A stretch of 57,996 nucleotides of DNA from Candidatus Tagabacteria bacterium CG_4_10_14_0_2_um_filter_40_13 (GCA_002792165.1 PFNV01000040.1:1-57996), one strand, 5' to 3'; numbered from the stretch's first letter, positions 8,810 to 19,157 are shown. Notes: generated from the letters alone by a model not told the origin. Numbers and translations are program-made.

Positions 8810-9350
8810 TTTGCGACTGATTATTTTGAGGGAGTATTCTTTTTAAGGCGAGCGCTTTATCAGTGAACAAAATGCCGTCCAAGTGGTCTATTTCATGTTG
8901 AATTACCTGGCTGAATAAGCCGGATGCGCCTCTGGTGAATTTTTTGCCGCTTTCATTGTAAGCCTCCACTTTTACTTTTTCGAACCGCTTAATCGCGCCG
9001 TAAATATTGATTACGCTTAAACAGCCTTCCGTGAGCATTTTTTGTCCGCGTGATTTTTTGATTATTTTAGGATTTATAAAAACAATATAGCCGTAATTTT
9101 CTTTTTTATCCTCCTTGGTATGGGAAGACAGAATATATTCCGTAACGACGAAAATGCGCAGAGATTTTCCGATTTGCGGCGCCGCGGCGGCAACCGCCTC
9201 TTCATTTTCAGAAATTGCTTTTTTCAATCTTCCGATGACATTACGAATCTCCTTGCTTTGAATGTTTTGGGCAGGAATTTCTTCGGCAATTTTTCTCAAA
9301 ATATCATTTCCTTTTTGGATTATGGTAATTTTTGAATTTTGATTTTTCAT
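8802..9350 (-). CDS. def: Peptide deformylase
   Basis: AAPQIG, EGCLS, QHEIDHLDG motifs. Confidence 0.96.
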   Translation of the reverse strand: MKNQNSKITIIQKGNDILRKIAEEIPAQNIQSKEIRNVIGRLKKAISENEEAVAAAAPQIGKSLRIFVVTEYILSSHTKEDKKENYGYIVFINPKIIKKSRGQKMLTEGCLSVINIYGAIKRFEKVKVEAYNESGKKFTRGASGLFSQVIQHEIDHLDGILFTDKALALKRILPQNNQSQNV

Positions 9351-9363
9351 TTTACCTATTTTA

Positions 9364-9843
9364 TTATTTATAATTTGTTTCCGTAATCTGCGTTCTTTCC
9401 TGGCAAGTGAGCGGTTTCACTTTTTCTGAGAGATCAGCTTTCAGTTTTTGAAGAGTCGCCAGCATCTCGTCGGTCTCACGTTTTATTTTTTTATTGCTGG
9501 GCTTATTGTCAATATATTGATTCGCCAATTGTTCAAGACTATTATAAAAACCGTATTCTTTGTGGCTGGCATTTATAAAATCGCGGATAATTTCTTTGCA
9601 AAGCGCCGCGCCGATTGTCGGCTGCATGTTTCTTTTCTCCTTCAAAAACCAGATAAACAGCATTTCAATCTGAAATTTCGAAAGATGCCGCAAGGCATTT
9701 TTTATGAGACTGCCGTCTTTAAAGCGCGTGAAATAAGGCTTATTTTTACGGATTGCTTCGCAATATTTTTGGAACGAATTCATAAGGGCATTTGTCGGCG
9801 CCTTCGGCTCTTCGATTTTTTTTGTTCCTTTTTTCTTCTTCAT
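9364..9843 (-). CDS. Hypothetical protein
   Basis: ORF abuts its neighbours on the same strand; no recognised motif. Confidence 0.6.
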   Translation of the reverse strand: MKKKKGTKKIEEPKAPTNALMNSFQKYCEAIRKNKPYFTRFKDGSLIKNALRHLSKFQIEMLFIWFLKEKRNMQPTIGAALCKEIIRDFINASHKEYGFYNSLEQLANQYIDNKPSNKKIKRETDEMLATLQKLKADLSEKVKPLTCQERTQITETNYK

Positions 9844-10893
9844 TTATTCCAAATTGACGGCAAAAAGAACGCCGCTATCGAGCACATAAACTTTTTTTAC
9901 AGAAGAGAAAAGGGCGAATCTTGGATCCTTCCCTTTGTATATCGGTTGCATAATTCTTCCCCCTCTTCCGTCTATTTCAAGGGCAAAAACGTTGTTTTGC
10001 ACAGAAGCTATGATAATGTCTTTTCTTCCCGGGAAAAAATCCACATTCTTTACGGGAAATTTGAAACTCGATATCAAATAATTTGTTGATTCGCACGACT
10101 TGATATCACAAAGATAATAAGGAATCAACGTTTTATCTTTCAACCATTCAACCCAAACTTCATTTGTTTTATTATCGAACCAAAGCCGTTCCGTATTTTG
10201 GCTGTTGAATTTCTGATATTTATGATTGACGGTAATTTTTACATCCGGCTCTCGCGATGCGCTTACAGTTCCTTTATTGAGATCAAAAGTCGCCCGGATC
10301 GTAGTTTTCCAGCCTTTTAGAACAACGGAGCCGTTTTCCCAGAAAATTTCTGAAATACCTCCTGCAAAAGTAAGAAGTTTAGTGGTTGTCGCGGATGTGT
10401 TCGTCAAAAACGTGTTTGTTTCAGGCAAATAAAAGATTACCTCTTTTCCTTCAGGTTTATTTTCTTCCAAAAAGAGAATCTTATCATAGGGCGAAGCCCA
10501 TACCGAGAAAAAATCTCCTTTTAAAAGAACTAAGCCTTCCGGAGTTTGAGGAATTAAAAATGCCCTGGCTTCTACCACAAGTCCTTCTTTGACGTTCAAA
10601 ACTTTTTGCCAAGGCCAATATCCTTCTTTGGTAACAGCAACCTGATAGTTTCCTTCCGCAAGATTTTGCAAAAATAAACCGCTTTGAAAAATATTGGTTT
10701 CTTTTTCTTTTTTATTTTCCACTAAAATCTCCGCTCCCGTAACCGGCGAGGCAATATATAATCCGCCGGTCCGCCCGAACTTGAATTGGCTGTTTATTCT
10801 GTAGCCGAGAGTATAAAGAAGCAATGCCGGAGCCAAGATAAAAAAAGTTAAAGACAAAAAAGCTATAATTATGCGTCTTTTTCGGAGTGTCAT
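9844..10893 (-). CDS. Membrane-anchored PEGA-domain-like protein
   Basis: N-terminal TM, GYR, TGGLYIAS, L..GNYQVAVTKEGYWPWQK pattern. Confidence 0.75.
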   Translation of the reverse strand: MTLRKRRIIIAFLSLTFFILAPALLLYTLGYRINSQFKFGRTGGLYIASPVTGAEILVENKKEKETNIFQSGLFLQNLAEGNYQVAVTKEGYWPWQKVLNVKEGLVVEARAFLIPQTPEGLVLLKGDFFSVWASPYDKILFLEENKPEGKEVIFYLPETNTFLTNTSATTTKLLTFAGGISEIFWENGSVVLKGWKTTIRATFDLNKGTVSASREPDVKITVNHKYQKFNSQNTERLWFDNKTNEVWVEWLKDKTLIPYYLCDIKSCESTNYLISSFKFPVKNVDFFPGRKDIIIASVQNNVFALEIDGRGGRIMQPIYKGKDPRFALFSSVKKVYVLDSGVLFAVNLE

Positions 10894-10940
10894 AATGGCT
10901 TTATTTTACCGAAAATAGTTAAAAATTCAAGGTTTTTAAG

Positions 10941-10976
10941 AAAACAAAAATCCCGGTTCTTTTCAGAGTCGGGATT
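10941..10976 (-). terminator. Intrinsic terminator
   Basis: Minus strand AATCCCGACTCT-GAAA-AGAACCGGGATT followed by TTTGTTTT. Confidence 0.75.
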
Positions 10977-11008
10977 GGTCTTTCGGTTTAAATAAAAAGC
11001 GGCCAGTT

Positions 11009-11125
11009 TTAATCTTTCTGTTTTTTTAATTTACTTAATTTGCCGCGGATTTTAAAAAGGTACTCGTAGAAAACGAGTGAAAACAGAAAGATTTCAAGGG
11101 TTAGATTCTGCAGCAACCTTTTCAT
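11009..11125 (-). CDS. Small 38-aa protein, possibly single-pass membrane
   Basis: MKRLLQNLTLEIFLFSLVFYEYLFKIRGKLSKLKKQKD; SD AAAAGGAG, TTGACA-17-TAACCT promoter and downstream terminator. Confidence 0.6.
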   Translation of the reverse strand: MKRLLQNLTLEIFLFSLVFYEYLFKIRGKLSKLKKQKD

Positions 11126-11238
11126 TTTTTCTCCTTTTCAAGGCGTATTTTGTTCCGAAGATAGGTTATCATAAAGCCATGAATCTGTCAATAGTGGATA
11201 GAATTGAAAAGATGGTCAATAGGTCATAGAATATTAAG

Positions 11239-12513
11239 GTGGAAAATGAAAAATTTATCATTCAAGGTTTAGAAGGACAAAGAGCCTTTGAGGGGAAAAT
11301 ACCGGTTAGAGGCGCGAAAAACGCAGTTCTTAAAACTTTTGCCGCCTCGCTTCTTTTTGGCAACGAGATTCGCGTAGATAATGTTCCTTTTATTCAAGAC
11401 ATTGCGAATATGAATGAGCTTCTTAGGCATTTGGGTGTGGGAGTCGAGCGGATTGAAGAAAAGTCTTTTGTTTTAAATTCACCCGATGCTATAGGCACGG
11501 ATCTTTGCGGAGATATCGCAAAATCTTTTCGTTCCTCAATAGTTTTGACCGGTCCTATTCTTGCAAGAGAAGGAAAGGTAATCTTTCCTCATCCCGGCGG
11601 ATGCGTTATCGGTGAACGGCCCATTGATATTTTTTTGGAAAGTTTTAAAAAAATGGGAGCTGATATTGATATGCATGACCGGCAATATGTTATTTCCGCG
11701 GATAAGCTGGCTGGCGCGGAAATAGTTTTTAAAATTCCGAGCGTTACCGCAACCGAGACTTTGATGATGACTGCGACCTTGGTTCCCGGGAAAACGATTT
11801 TACATAATGTTGCTTGCGAGCCGGAAATAGTCGCTTTAGCCGATTTTTTAAATACAGGCGGCGCGGATATAAGCGGAGCCGGATCGCATACAATAGTTAT
11901 TAAAGGCCGCGATTCTTTATTGAAAAGCAAAGAGCCTTACCAGACGCCGCCTGACCGTATTGAAGCGGGAAGCTTTGCTATTTTAGCCGCAGTTTGCGGT
12001 AAGGATATTGAAATCACTGATTGTAAGCCTGATCATCTTAGGGTTTTTCTTCGCACATTCGACAATGCCGGAGTGAATTTCGAGACAACCGAAAATAGTA
12101 TTCGCATCAAAATGTCCCCGCAATTAAATGCGATTAATGTTAAAACGCATGAATATCCGGGTATTCCGACGGATCTTCAATCTCCATTAGCAGTGTTTTT
12201 GACCCAAGCTTCAGGCAGAAGCCTTATTTTTGAAACTGTTTTTGAGAGCCGTTTGGATTACTTGAGCGAATTATCTAGAATGGGAGCAGACGTGATGATC
12301 TGTGATCCTCACCGTGCTTTTATTACAGGAGTCACCCCTTTAAGGGGACGCGAAATAGAGAGCCCTGATTTGAGAGCGGGTTTAGCTTTTATCATTGCCG
12401 CATTAGTTGCGAAAGGAGAATCAATCGTACATAATATTCATAATATCGATAGGGGATATGAAAATATCGAAGAGCGCCTTCAAATGGTCGGCGCAGATAT
12501 AAAAAGAATATGA
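11239..12513 (+). CDS. murA: UDP-N-acetylglucosamine 1-carboxyvinyltransferase
   Basis: GAKNA, PGGCVIGERPID, DRIEAG, PTDLQ, DLRAG, IDRGYE motifs. Confidence 0.97.
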   Translation: MENEKFIIQGLEGQRAFEGKIPVRGAKNAVLKTFAASLLFGNEIRVDNVPFIQDIANMNELLRHLGVGVERIEEKSFVLNSPDAIGTDLCGDIAKSFRSSIVLTGPILAREGKVIFPHPGGCVIGERPIDIFLESFKKMGADIDMHDRQYVISADKLAGAEIVFKIPSVTATETLMMTATLVPGKTILHNVACEPEIVALADFLNTGGADISGAGSHTIVIKGRDSLLKSKEPYQTPPDRIEAGSFAILAAVCGKDIEITDCKPDHLRVFLRTFDNAGVNFETTENSIRIKMSPQLNAINVKTHEYPGIPTDLQSPLAVFLTQASGRSLIFETVFESRLDYLSELSRMGADVMICDPHRAFITGVTPLRGREIESPDLRAGLAFIIAALVAKGESIVHNIHNIDRGYENIEERLQMVGADIKRI

Positions 12514-13523
12514 ACTTTTTCGTAAGAAAATTAGGAATAGATTTGGGAACAGCAAACTCGCTAGTTTTTGTGCCCGGCAGAGGAGTTGTTTTGAACGAAC
12601 CATCGGTAGTGGCTGTTTTGGTTCCGGAAAACAAAGTTTTGGCCGTTGGCAATGAAGCTAAAGCAATGATCGGAAAAACACCGGATACAATTATCGCGTA
12701 TCGCCCTCTTAAAGACGGTGTAATTGCCGATTACCGCGTTACGGAAAGCATGATGCGGTTTTTCATAAAAAAATCTCTCGGCAAGTGGAATTTATTCAAG
12801 CCTGAAATTATGATTTCAGTTCCCGCAAGCGTTACTTCAACCGAAAGACGTGCAGTTATTGAAGCTACCGTTAAAGCCGGCGCTAAATCCGCTTACGTGG
12901 TTAAGGAACCGATTTTAGCCGCCATCGGTTCGGGTATTCCGATACAGGAAGCGCGCGGACACATGGTTGTTGAAATTGGCGGTGGAACAGCTGATATTGC
13001 CGTAATTTCTCTTGGCGGTATTGTTTGTGACGCTTCGATGAAAGTGGCCGGCAACGCCATTGATCAGGCGATTGCCGATTATATCAAAAAAACTTTTAAT
13101 CTTGCCATTGGAGACCAAACGGCGGAAGAAATAAAGATTGCCGTTGGTTCTGCGGTTCCTTTGGAAAACGAATTGAAATATAGAATAAAAGGCCGCGATT
13201 TTCTGACCGGCCTCCCTCGGAGCACAGAGATTTCCAGTAATGAAATATTGAAGGCGATTGAAGGAGAATTAAAGGATATTATGAAGGCAATCAAAAATGT
13301 TTTGCACGAAACGCCGCCGGAACTTTCTTCGGATATTATCGACCGGGGCATAAGCATGTCGGGCGGCGGCTCTCTTTTGAGAAATATTTGCGAATTAGTG
13401 TATCAATCGACCGGCGTAAGAGCTCATCTTGTTGAGGAACCGCTTTTTGCGGTTGCAAAAGGAACGGGCATTGCTTTGGAGCATTTAGACGGTTATAAGC
13501 GCGGCATCATTTCCAAACGTTAA
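12510..13523 (+). CDS. mreB: Rod shape-determining protein MreB (paralog 1)
   Basis: GIDLGTAN, NEPSVVA, RPLKDGVIAD, IGGGT, TPPEL motifs. Confidence 0.95.
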   Translation: MNFFVRKLGIDLGTANSLVFVPGRGVVLNEPSVVAVLVPENKVLAVGNEAKAMIGKTPDTIIAYRPLKDGVIADYRVTESMMRFFIKKSLGKWNLFKPEIMISVPASVTSTERRAVIEATVKAGAKSAYVVKEPILAAIGSGIPIQEARGHMVVEIGGGTADIAVISLGGIVCDASMKVAGNAIDQAIADYIKKTFNLAIGDQTAEEIKIAVGSAVPLENELKYRIKGRDFLTGLPRSTEISSNEILKAIEGELKDIMKAIKNVLHETPPELSSDIIDRGISMSGGGSLLRNICELVYQSTGVRAHLVEEPLFAVAKGTGIALEHLDGYKRGIISKR

Positions 13524-13532
13524 AATTAAAGT

Positions 13533-14246
13533 ATGAACCCAATTTTAAAAGCTCATTGCGAGACCGGACATTTTAGCCACGGTTATTTACTGATTGGCGA
13601 CCGTGAAAAATCGTTGATTTCCGGCCGAAAGGCAGCCGCAATTTTGCTGAATTATAAAGAATCTGCCCTCGCCTCCCATCCCGATTTTTACGAAAAATTT
13701 TTCGATTTTTTTAAATTGGAACAGAGCAATGATTTAAAAAGAAAACTTTCAATAAAACCGATTCTCGCCGAAAGAAAAGTGTTTTTACTGGGGATCAATT
13801 CTTTTGACCACGAAGCGGTGAATGGCCTTTCAAAAATTATAGAAGATTCTCCCGAAGATTGTTATTTTTTCTTTATGACAGATTTTCTCGAAGATGTACC
13901 CGTTGTTGTTCGCTCAAAACTGGTTAATCTTTTTGAAGAAGGAAGTTTTGAGTTAAGTAAAGAAAGGCGAGATTTTTACGAAAAATTTTTGATAACAAAT
14001 CCGGCTGAGCGCTTTACTTTGGCAAAAAATGCCGCATCCGACAAAAAAAACGCGCTTGAATTTCTCAATGAAGTGGAAATTATTCTCAGCGAGAAAATAA
14101 AAGAAGAACATTCGCCCGAAATTTTTAAAAGTCTTCTTTATTCGCTCGAGGAATTGCAGGTCAACCGTCGTTTTCTTTTTGACCGTGTTTCACTGCCGAA
14201 AATGATAATTGAACATTTTGCCCTTATTTTGCCGCAATTGAGATAG
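13533..14246 (+). CDS. holB: Divergent DNA polymerase III delta-prime-like subunit
   Basis: SHGYLLIG, HPDF, EAVNGLSKIIEDSP (degenerate A.NALLK.LEEP), VVRSK. Confidence 0.65.
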   Translation: MNPILKAHCETGHFSHGYLLIGDREKSLISGRKAAAILLNYKESALASHPDFYEKFFDFFKLEQSNDLKRKLSIKPILAERKVFLLGINSFDHEAVNGLSKIIEDSPEDCYFFFMTDFLEDVPVVVRSKLVNLFEEGSFELSKERRDFYEKFLITNPAERFTLAKNAASDKKNALEFLNEVEIILSEKIKEEHSPEIFKSLLYSLEELQVNRRFLFDRVSLPKMIIEHFALILPQLR

Positions 14247-14275
14247 CGCGAAATAATTGTTAGAATACATATTAT

Positions 14276-14827
14276 ATGCCCTACTATTTATCGCCATTAA
14301 AAAGAAAATTGCCGGAAATTAAGGATTGGCTTCAAAAAGAGCTTTCCTTGCTTCGAACCGGCCGCGCTTCGCCGGCGCTTTTAGACGGTATTTCCGTAGA
14401 CTATTACGGCGCGAAACAGCCGCTCAAACATCTCGGTGCCATCAGTACGGAAGATGCGAGGACCTTGCGCTTCAAGCCGTGGGATATTGCTTTAATTCAT
14501 CAGATAGAACAGGAGATTCGATACGCCAATTTGGGTCTGCAGCCGGTCGCCGAAAAAGATTCTCTTCGCATTATTTTTCCGGAATTAACGCAGGAGCGCC
14601 GGAAAGCGCTTCTTAAAGTAATTTCCGAAAAATTGGAGCAATCGAGAATTTCCTTGCGGCAATTGAGAGATGAATACTGGCGCGCGATTCAAGATCAGGA
14701 GAGGGAAGGGAAAATCAGCGAAGACGACAAATTCAGAAGCAAAGATGAATTACAGAAAATGATTGACTTAATCACGAAAGAACTGGAACAAATGGCTTTA
14801 GCGAAAGAAAAGGAAATTCAAGGTTAG
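14276..14827 (+). CDS. frr: Ribosome recycling factor
   Basis: LRTGRASP, YYG, PELTQERR, ISEDD motifs. Confidence 0.96.
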   Translation: MPYYLSPLKRKLPEIKDWLQKELSLLRTGRASPALLDGISVDYYGAKQPLKHLGAISTEDARTLRFKPWDIALIHQIEQEIRYANLGLQPVAEKDSLRIIFPELTQERRKALLKVISEKLEQSRISLRQLRDEYWRAIQDQEREGKISEDDKFRSKDELQKMIDLITKELEQMALAKEKEIQG

Positions 14828-14855
14828 ATAATTATCAATGATAACATTTTTTATA

Positions 14856-14910
14856 ATTCCTAGCGAGCCGCAAGTGAAAGATTGCTTTCATTTGCGGCGA
14901 GTAACGGAAT
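14856..14910. repeat. Long hairpin between frr and rseP
   Basis: GCCGCAAGTGAAAG-ATTG-CTTTCATTTGCGGC with outer ATTCC/GGAAT arms; no U-tract. Confidence 0.65.
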
Positions 14911-14920
14911 TTCAAGCGCC

Positions 14921-16084
14921 ATGACAGTGCTTATATTTATTGCTGTTTTAGCAGTGTTGGTTCTTTCCCATGAATTTGGGCATTTTATTTTCGCGAAAAA
15001 AGCGGGTTTGCGCGTTGAAGAATTCGGCTTTGGTTTTCCGCCAAGATTACTGGGCGTTCAAAGGATAAATAAGGAGAAAAGGTGGCGTTTTATATGGGGT
15101 CCAAGACAAGAGAAGGAATCGGAAAAAGAATCTGAAGAAGGCGACACGGTTTACTCTGTGAATATGATACCTTTGGGCGGGTTTGTGAGAATTCACGGAG
15201 AAAACGGAGGGGAAGTCGAAGATAAAAAAAGTTTCGGTTCTCAACCGCTTTATATCCGCGCCTTGATTCTTGTAGCCGGAGTTTTTTTTAATTTACTTTT
15301 GGCATGGCCTGTTTTAACGGCAGGTTTTTTAATTGGGACGCCAGCCAGCGTCAATGGGGGAAATATCAGCGGAGGAACATTAACCGAAAAAGGGGTAATG
15401 ATACTTGAAGTCCAAAAAGGTACTTCTGCCGAAGCGGCAGGTTTGAAAGAAGGAGATTATCTTTTGCGTTTTATATCAAAAGACAACGATATACTTCAGG
15501 TTTCTGACGAAAAAAGTGTGCAGGATTTTATCGCAAAATATGCCGGCGCGGAAATCACAATAGATTATTTAAGGGGTAAAAAAGAATTTTCGGCCAAAGC
15601 AATTCCTTCAGTCAAACCCGAAGCAGGAAAAGGAAGTTTGGGAATCGCGATGGAGAGAGTTGGCATTATGAAACTTCCTTTTCATTTGGCAGTATGGGAA
15701 GGTTTAAAATCAACTATCAGATTAACGGTTATGATTTCAAAAGCGCTTTTTGCCTTTTTCGGCGATCTTTTCACGGAAAGAAAAATGATAGTGCAACTTT
15801 CCGGACCTGTTGGGATAGCGGGAATGCTTGGCAGCGCGGCGCAAACAGGTTTTGTCTTTTTTCTCCAGCTGGTTGCCGTGCTTTCGATACATCTTGCTTT
15901 GATTAATATCATACCTTTTCCGGCTCTTGATGGCGGGCGTCTTCTTTTTTTGGCCATAGAATTTGTCAAAGGAAAGCCGATAAGTCAAAAAGTCTCAAAT
16001 ATTGCGCATAATATAGGATTTGCTATGCTTATTTTATTGATGCTTATTATCACTTATCGGGATATTTTAAAACTAGTTAAATGA
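14921..16084 (+). CDS. rseP: RIP metalloprotease RseP
   Basis: HEFGH, IPLGGFV, PDZ region, GPVGIA, PFPALDGG motifs. Confidence 0.95.
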   Translation: MTVLIFIAVLAVLVLSHEFGHFIFAKKAGLRVEEFGFGFPPRLLGVQRINKEKRWRFIWGPRQEKESEKESEEGDTVYSVNMIPLGGFVRIHGENGGEVEDKKSFGSQPLYIRALILVAGVFFNLLLAWPVLTAGFLIGTPASVNGGNISGGTLTEKGVMILEVQKGTSAEAAGLKEGDYLLRFISKDNDILQVSDEKSVQDFIAKYAGAEITIDYLRGKKEFSAKAIPSVKPEAGKGSLGIAMERVGIMKLPFHLAVWEGLKSTIRLTVMISKALFAFFGDLFTERKMIVQLSGPVGIAGMLGSAAQTGFVFFLQLVAVLSIHLALINIIPFPALDGGRLLFLAIEFVKGKPISQKVSNIAHNIGFAMLILLMLIITYRDILKLVK

Positions 16085-17328
16085 AACAATCGCAACTTTT
16101 TACAAAAACTTTTAAAAATGTTTCCAAGGATGATACATCCGCTAACGCCCAGCTTTTGACGAGAGGCGGTTTTATCCAAAAACTGGGAGCGGGAATTTAT
16201 TCTTTTTTGCCTCTAGGTCTTTTGGTTTTAAAAAAAATAGAAAATATAATCCGCGAAGAAATGAATGTTATCGGCGGACAGGAACTTTTGATGCCGGCGC
16301 TTCATCCGAAAGAAATCTGGGAAGAAACCGGAAGATGGCAAACCGCGGACTATTTGTATAAACTTCAGGACCGGCAGGAAAAATATTTCGCTTTAGGCGC
16401 AACGCACGAAGAAGTTATTACCGATATTGCAAGAAAATATGTCTTTTCATATAAAGACCTTCCATTATATCTGTATCAGATACAGGTAAAATTTCGCGAC
16501 GAATTAAGGGTTAAGTCCGGCCTTTTACGCACAAAAGAATTTCTAATGAAAGATATGTACAGTTTTCATGCCAGCGAAGAAGACAGAAAGGAATATTACG
16601 AGAAGGTCAAAAAGGCCTATGTGAAGATATTCGAACGTTGCGGACTCAAGGTTTTGGTGACGGAAGCTTCGGGTGGCATTTTTTCGAAAGAATATTCGCA
16701 TGAATTTCAGGTTGCCACGCCCGCCGGCGAGGATATTGTTTACTTCTGTCCCAACGGCGATTTCAGTCAAAACAAGGAAATTGCCGGCAAAAAAACAGGT
16801 GACAAATGCCCGGAATGCGGAAAGACATTAGAAGAGACCAAAACTATCGAAGTGGGCAATATTTTCACTTTAGGCACCAAATATTCCAATCCCATGAAAG
16901 CTATGTTTATTGACAAAAACAGCTCTAAAAAGCCGATTATTATGGGTTGTTACGGTATCGGTCCGAGCAGACTAATTGGCGCGATTGTCGAAGTTCATCA
17001 CGACGACAAAGGTATAATCTGGCCCGAGGCGATAGCCCCTTTTAAAGTCCATTTGATTGTCATAGAAGGTAAGGAAGATAAAAAAATTAAAGACACGGCC
17101 GATAAACTTTATCAAGATTTACAGGCAAAAGGCGTGGAGGTATTGTATGATGAACGTGAAGGAAAAACTGCCGGTGAAAAATTCGCGGATGCAGATTTAA
17201 TAGGGATTCCTTACCGAGCGGTAATAAGCAAAAAAACTCTGAAGGAAAATAAAATCGAACTAAAAAAGAGAGATGAAGAGAAAACAAAATTAATAAACGA
17301 AGAGGAATTTATAAAATATGTTGGATAA
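16081..17328 (+). CDS. proS: Proline-tRNA ligase (short form without the insertion editing domain)
   Basis: THEE, KFRDE.R, EFLMKD.YSF, IEVGNIF.LG, MGCYGIG motifs. Confidence 0.95.
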   Translation: MKQSQLFTKTFKNVSKDDTSANAQLLTRGGFIQKLGAGIYSFLPLGLLVLKKIENIIREEMNVIGGQELLMPALHPKEIWEETGRWQTADYLYKLQDRQEKYFALGATHEEVITDIARKYVFSYKDLPLYLYQIQVKFRDELRVKSGLLRTKEFLMKDMYSFHASEEDRKEYYEKVKKAYVKIFERCGLKVLVTEASGGIFSKEYSHEFQVATPAGEDIVYFCPNGDFSQNKEIAGKKTGDKCPECGKTLEETKTIEVGNIFTLGTKYSNPMKAMFIDKNSSKKPIIMGCYGIGPSRLIGAIVEVHHDDKGIIWPEAIAPFKVHLIVIEGKEDKKIKDTADKLYQDLQAKGVEVLYDEREGKTAGEKFADADLIGIPYRAVISKKTLKENKIELKKRDEEKTKLINEEEFIKYVG

Positions 17329-18379
17329 ATTTTTCGGGTTATTTTCTCAAGACATAGGAATTGATTTGGGTACGGCAAATACCCTTGTTTATGTTCCCGG
17401 CAAAGGGATTATTATTAATGAACCGTCAATTGTTGCCGTTAATCAGAAAACCGGTCAAATTGTGGCAATCGGCAATGAAGCAAAAAATATGGTTGGCCGC
17501 ACGCCCGCGCATATCAATGTTATTCGCCCTCTTATTGAAGGCGTAATTTCAGATTTTGAAACGACAGAAGAAATGCTTTCTTATTTTATAAGAAAAGTTC
17601 AAAAAAGTTCGGTTAAAGTTTTTGCGCGGCCGGCGATTGTTATCGGTATTCCAACGGGCGTTACCGAAGTGGAAACGCGCGCCGTGCGCGATGCCGCAAA
17701 AAATGCCGGCGCCCGAAAAGTTTATATAGTTGAACAACCGATGGCCGCCGCCGTTGGCGTTAAATGCCCTATTCATGAACCGGTAGGAAATCTCATCGTA
17801 GATATAGGAGGAGGAACGGCCGATATCGCGATTATTTCCTTGAAAGGCATAGTGGTTTCAAAAAGTTTGCGCATAGCCGGCGATCGTTGGGATCAGGATA
17901 TTATCCAATACGCAAGAGATGAATTTAAGCTTCTTATCGGGGAAAAAACAGCCGAAGATGTAAAGATTGCGATAGGTTCGGCAGTGGCTATAAATGGCGG
18001 GGAAATAATGGAAGCCACTATTCGCGGCCGCGATCTTATAACCGGTCTTCCCCGCGAGATTACGGTAACAGATGCCGATATCAGAGAGGCAACGGCAAAA
18101 TCTATCAGAAGTTTGGTGAATACCATTAAAGAAGTTATTGAGGAAACGCCTCCGGAATTGATCTCGGATATCATGCACAGGGGTATTATTTTGGTCGGTG
18201 GCGGCTCTCAGTTGAGAGGTCTTCCCGAATATTTTACCAAGGAAACAAAAATTCCTGTCCGCCTTGCAGACGATCCTTTAACTGTCGTCGCGAGAGGTAT
18301 GGGTTTTATACTCGAAAATTTAGAAAATTTCCGGGAAATACTTATAGAACATGAGAACGACATACCGCCCCAATATTAA
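17318..18379 (+). CDS. mreB: Rod shape-determining protein MreB (paralog 2)
   Basis: GIDLGTAN, DIGGGT, TPPEL motifs; precedes mreC. Confidence 0.95.
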   Translation: MLDKFFGLFSQDIGIDLGTANTLVYVPGKGIIINEPSIVAVNQKTGQIVAIGNEAKNMVGRTPAHINVIRPLIEGVISDFETTEEMLSYFIRKVQKSSVKVFARPAIVIGIPTGVTEVETRAVRDAAKNAGARKVYIVEQPMAAAVGVKCPIHEPVGNLIVDIGGGTADIAIISLKGIVVSKSLRIAGDRWDQDIIQYARDEFKLLIGEKTAEDVKIAIGSAVAINGGEIMEATIRGRDLITGLPREITVTDADIREATAKSIRSLVNTIKEVIEETPPELISDIMHRGIILVGGGSQLRGLPEYFTKETKIPVRLADDPLTVVARGMGFILENLENFREILIEHENDIPPQY

Positions 18380-19151
18380 TAGAAGAAAGAGCAGAAAATT
18401 GATTTTAAGCGGGGCTTTAACCGCGCTTATTTTAATTGTAATTGTTTTTGGCGATTTTTCTTTCGGGATTATTGACAAACCAATTATGTACATTATTAGG
18501 CCGTTTTTCGGAATAAAAAATGTTTTTGGGCCCTGGTGGCAAAATTTGAGAATAGAATTCTATGAAAAAAAGTCCTTGCAGGAAGAAAATGAAATTCTGC
18601 GGGAAAAAATTATAGAGATGGAAACAAAAATTATCCGCAGTGAAATTCTGGAAAAAGAAAATGTAATATTGAAAAACGCTTTTTCAGCCGAGGAAAAGCA
18701 GAATTTTTTACTGGCATCGATTATTTTTCGGCCGTCAATAACTCCCTACGATATATTTATTATTGATTCCGGCTCCGATAATGGCGTTAAGGAGGGGATG
18801 CAGGTTTCGGCTTTCGGAAATGTTTTATTGGGTTATGTGGCGGATTTGTTTTCTGATACGAGTAAAATAAAACTTATTTCATCTTTTGGCGAAGAAACCA
18901 ACGTTATTTTGGAATCTTCGGGAGTTCCGGCTATTGCAATCGGTCGCGGCGGAGAAAATTTTGAGATTATGCTTCCGCGCGCGATTAAAGCGGATGTAGG
19001 CGAGCGCATAATTACTTTAGGCAAACAGCCGATGCTTATCGGAATCGTCGAAAAAATAGAGCATCAGGAAGCGGATCCTTTCCAAAAACTTATTTTCCGC
19101 CTGCCGGTTAATATCCAATATTTAAGCCATGTGTTTCTTTTGTCCCGATAA
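18351..19151 (+). CDS. mreC: Rod shape-determining protein MreC
   Basis: TM, coiled coil (LQEENEIL), IIDSGSDNGV; synteny with mreB. Confidence 0.88.
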   Translation: MRTTYRPNINRRKSRKLILSGALTALILIVIVFGDFSFGIIDKPIMYIIRPFFGIKNVFGPWWQNLRIEFYEKKSLQEENEILREKIIEMETKIIRSEILEKENVILKNAFSAEEKQNFLLASIIFRPSITPYDIFIIDSGSDNGVKEGMQVSAFGNVLLGYVADLFSDTSKIKLISSFGEETNVILESSGVPAIAIGRGGENFEIMLPRAIKADVGERIITLGKQPMLIGIVEKIEHQEADPFQKLIFRLPVNIQYLSHVFLLSR

Positions 19152-19157
19152 TTCGTT

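Noticed and set aside
9448..10089. 213-aa plus-strand ORF and the many other antisense or nested ORFs in the track (e.g. 1202-1627, 30295-30600, 30457-30936, 39605-39802, 53873-54316)
   Set aside because: They overlap better-supported genes and carry no recognisable motifs; treated as shadow ORFs.
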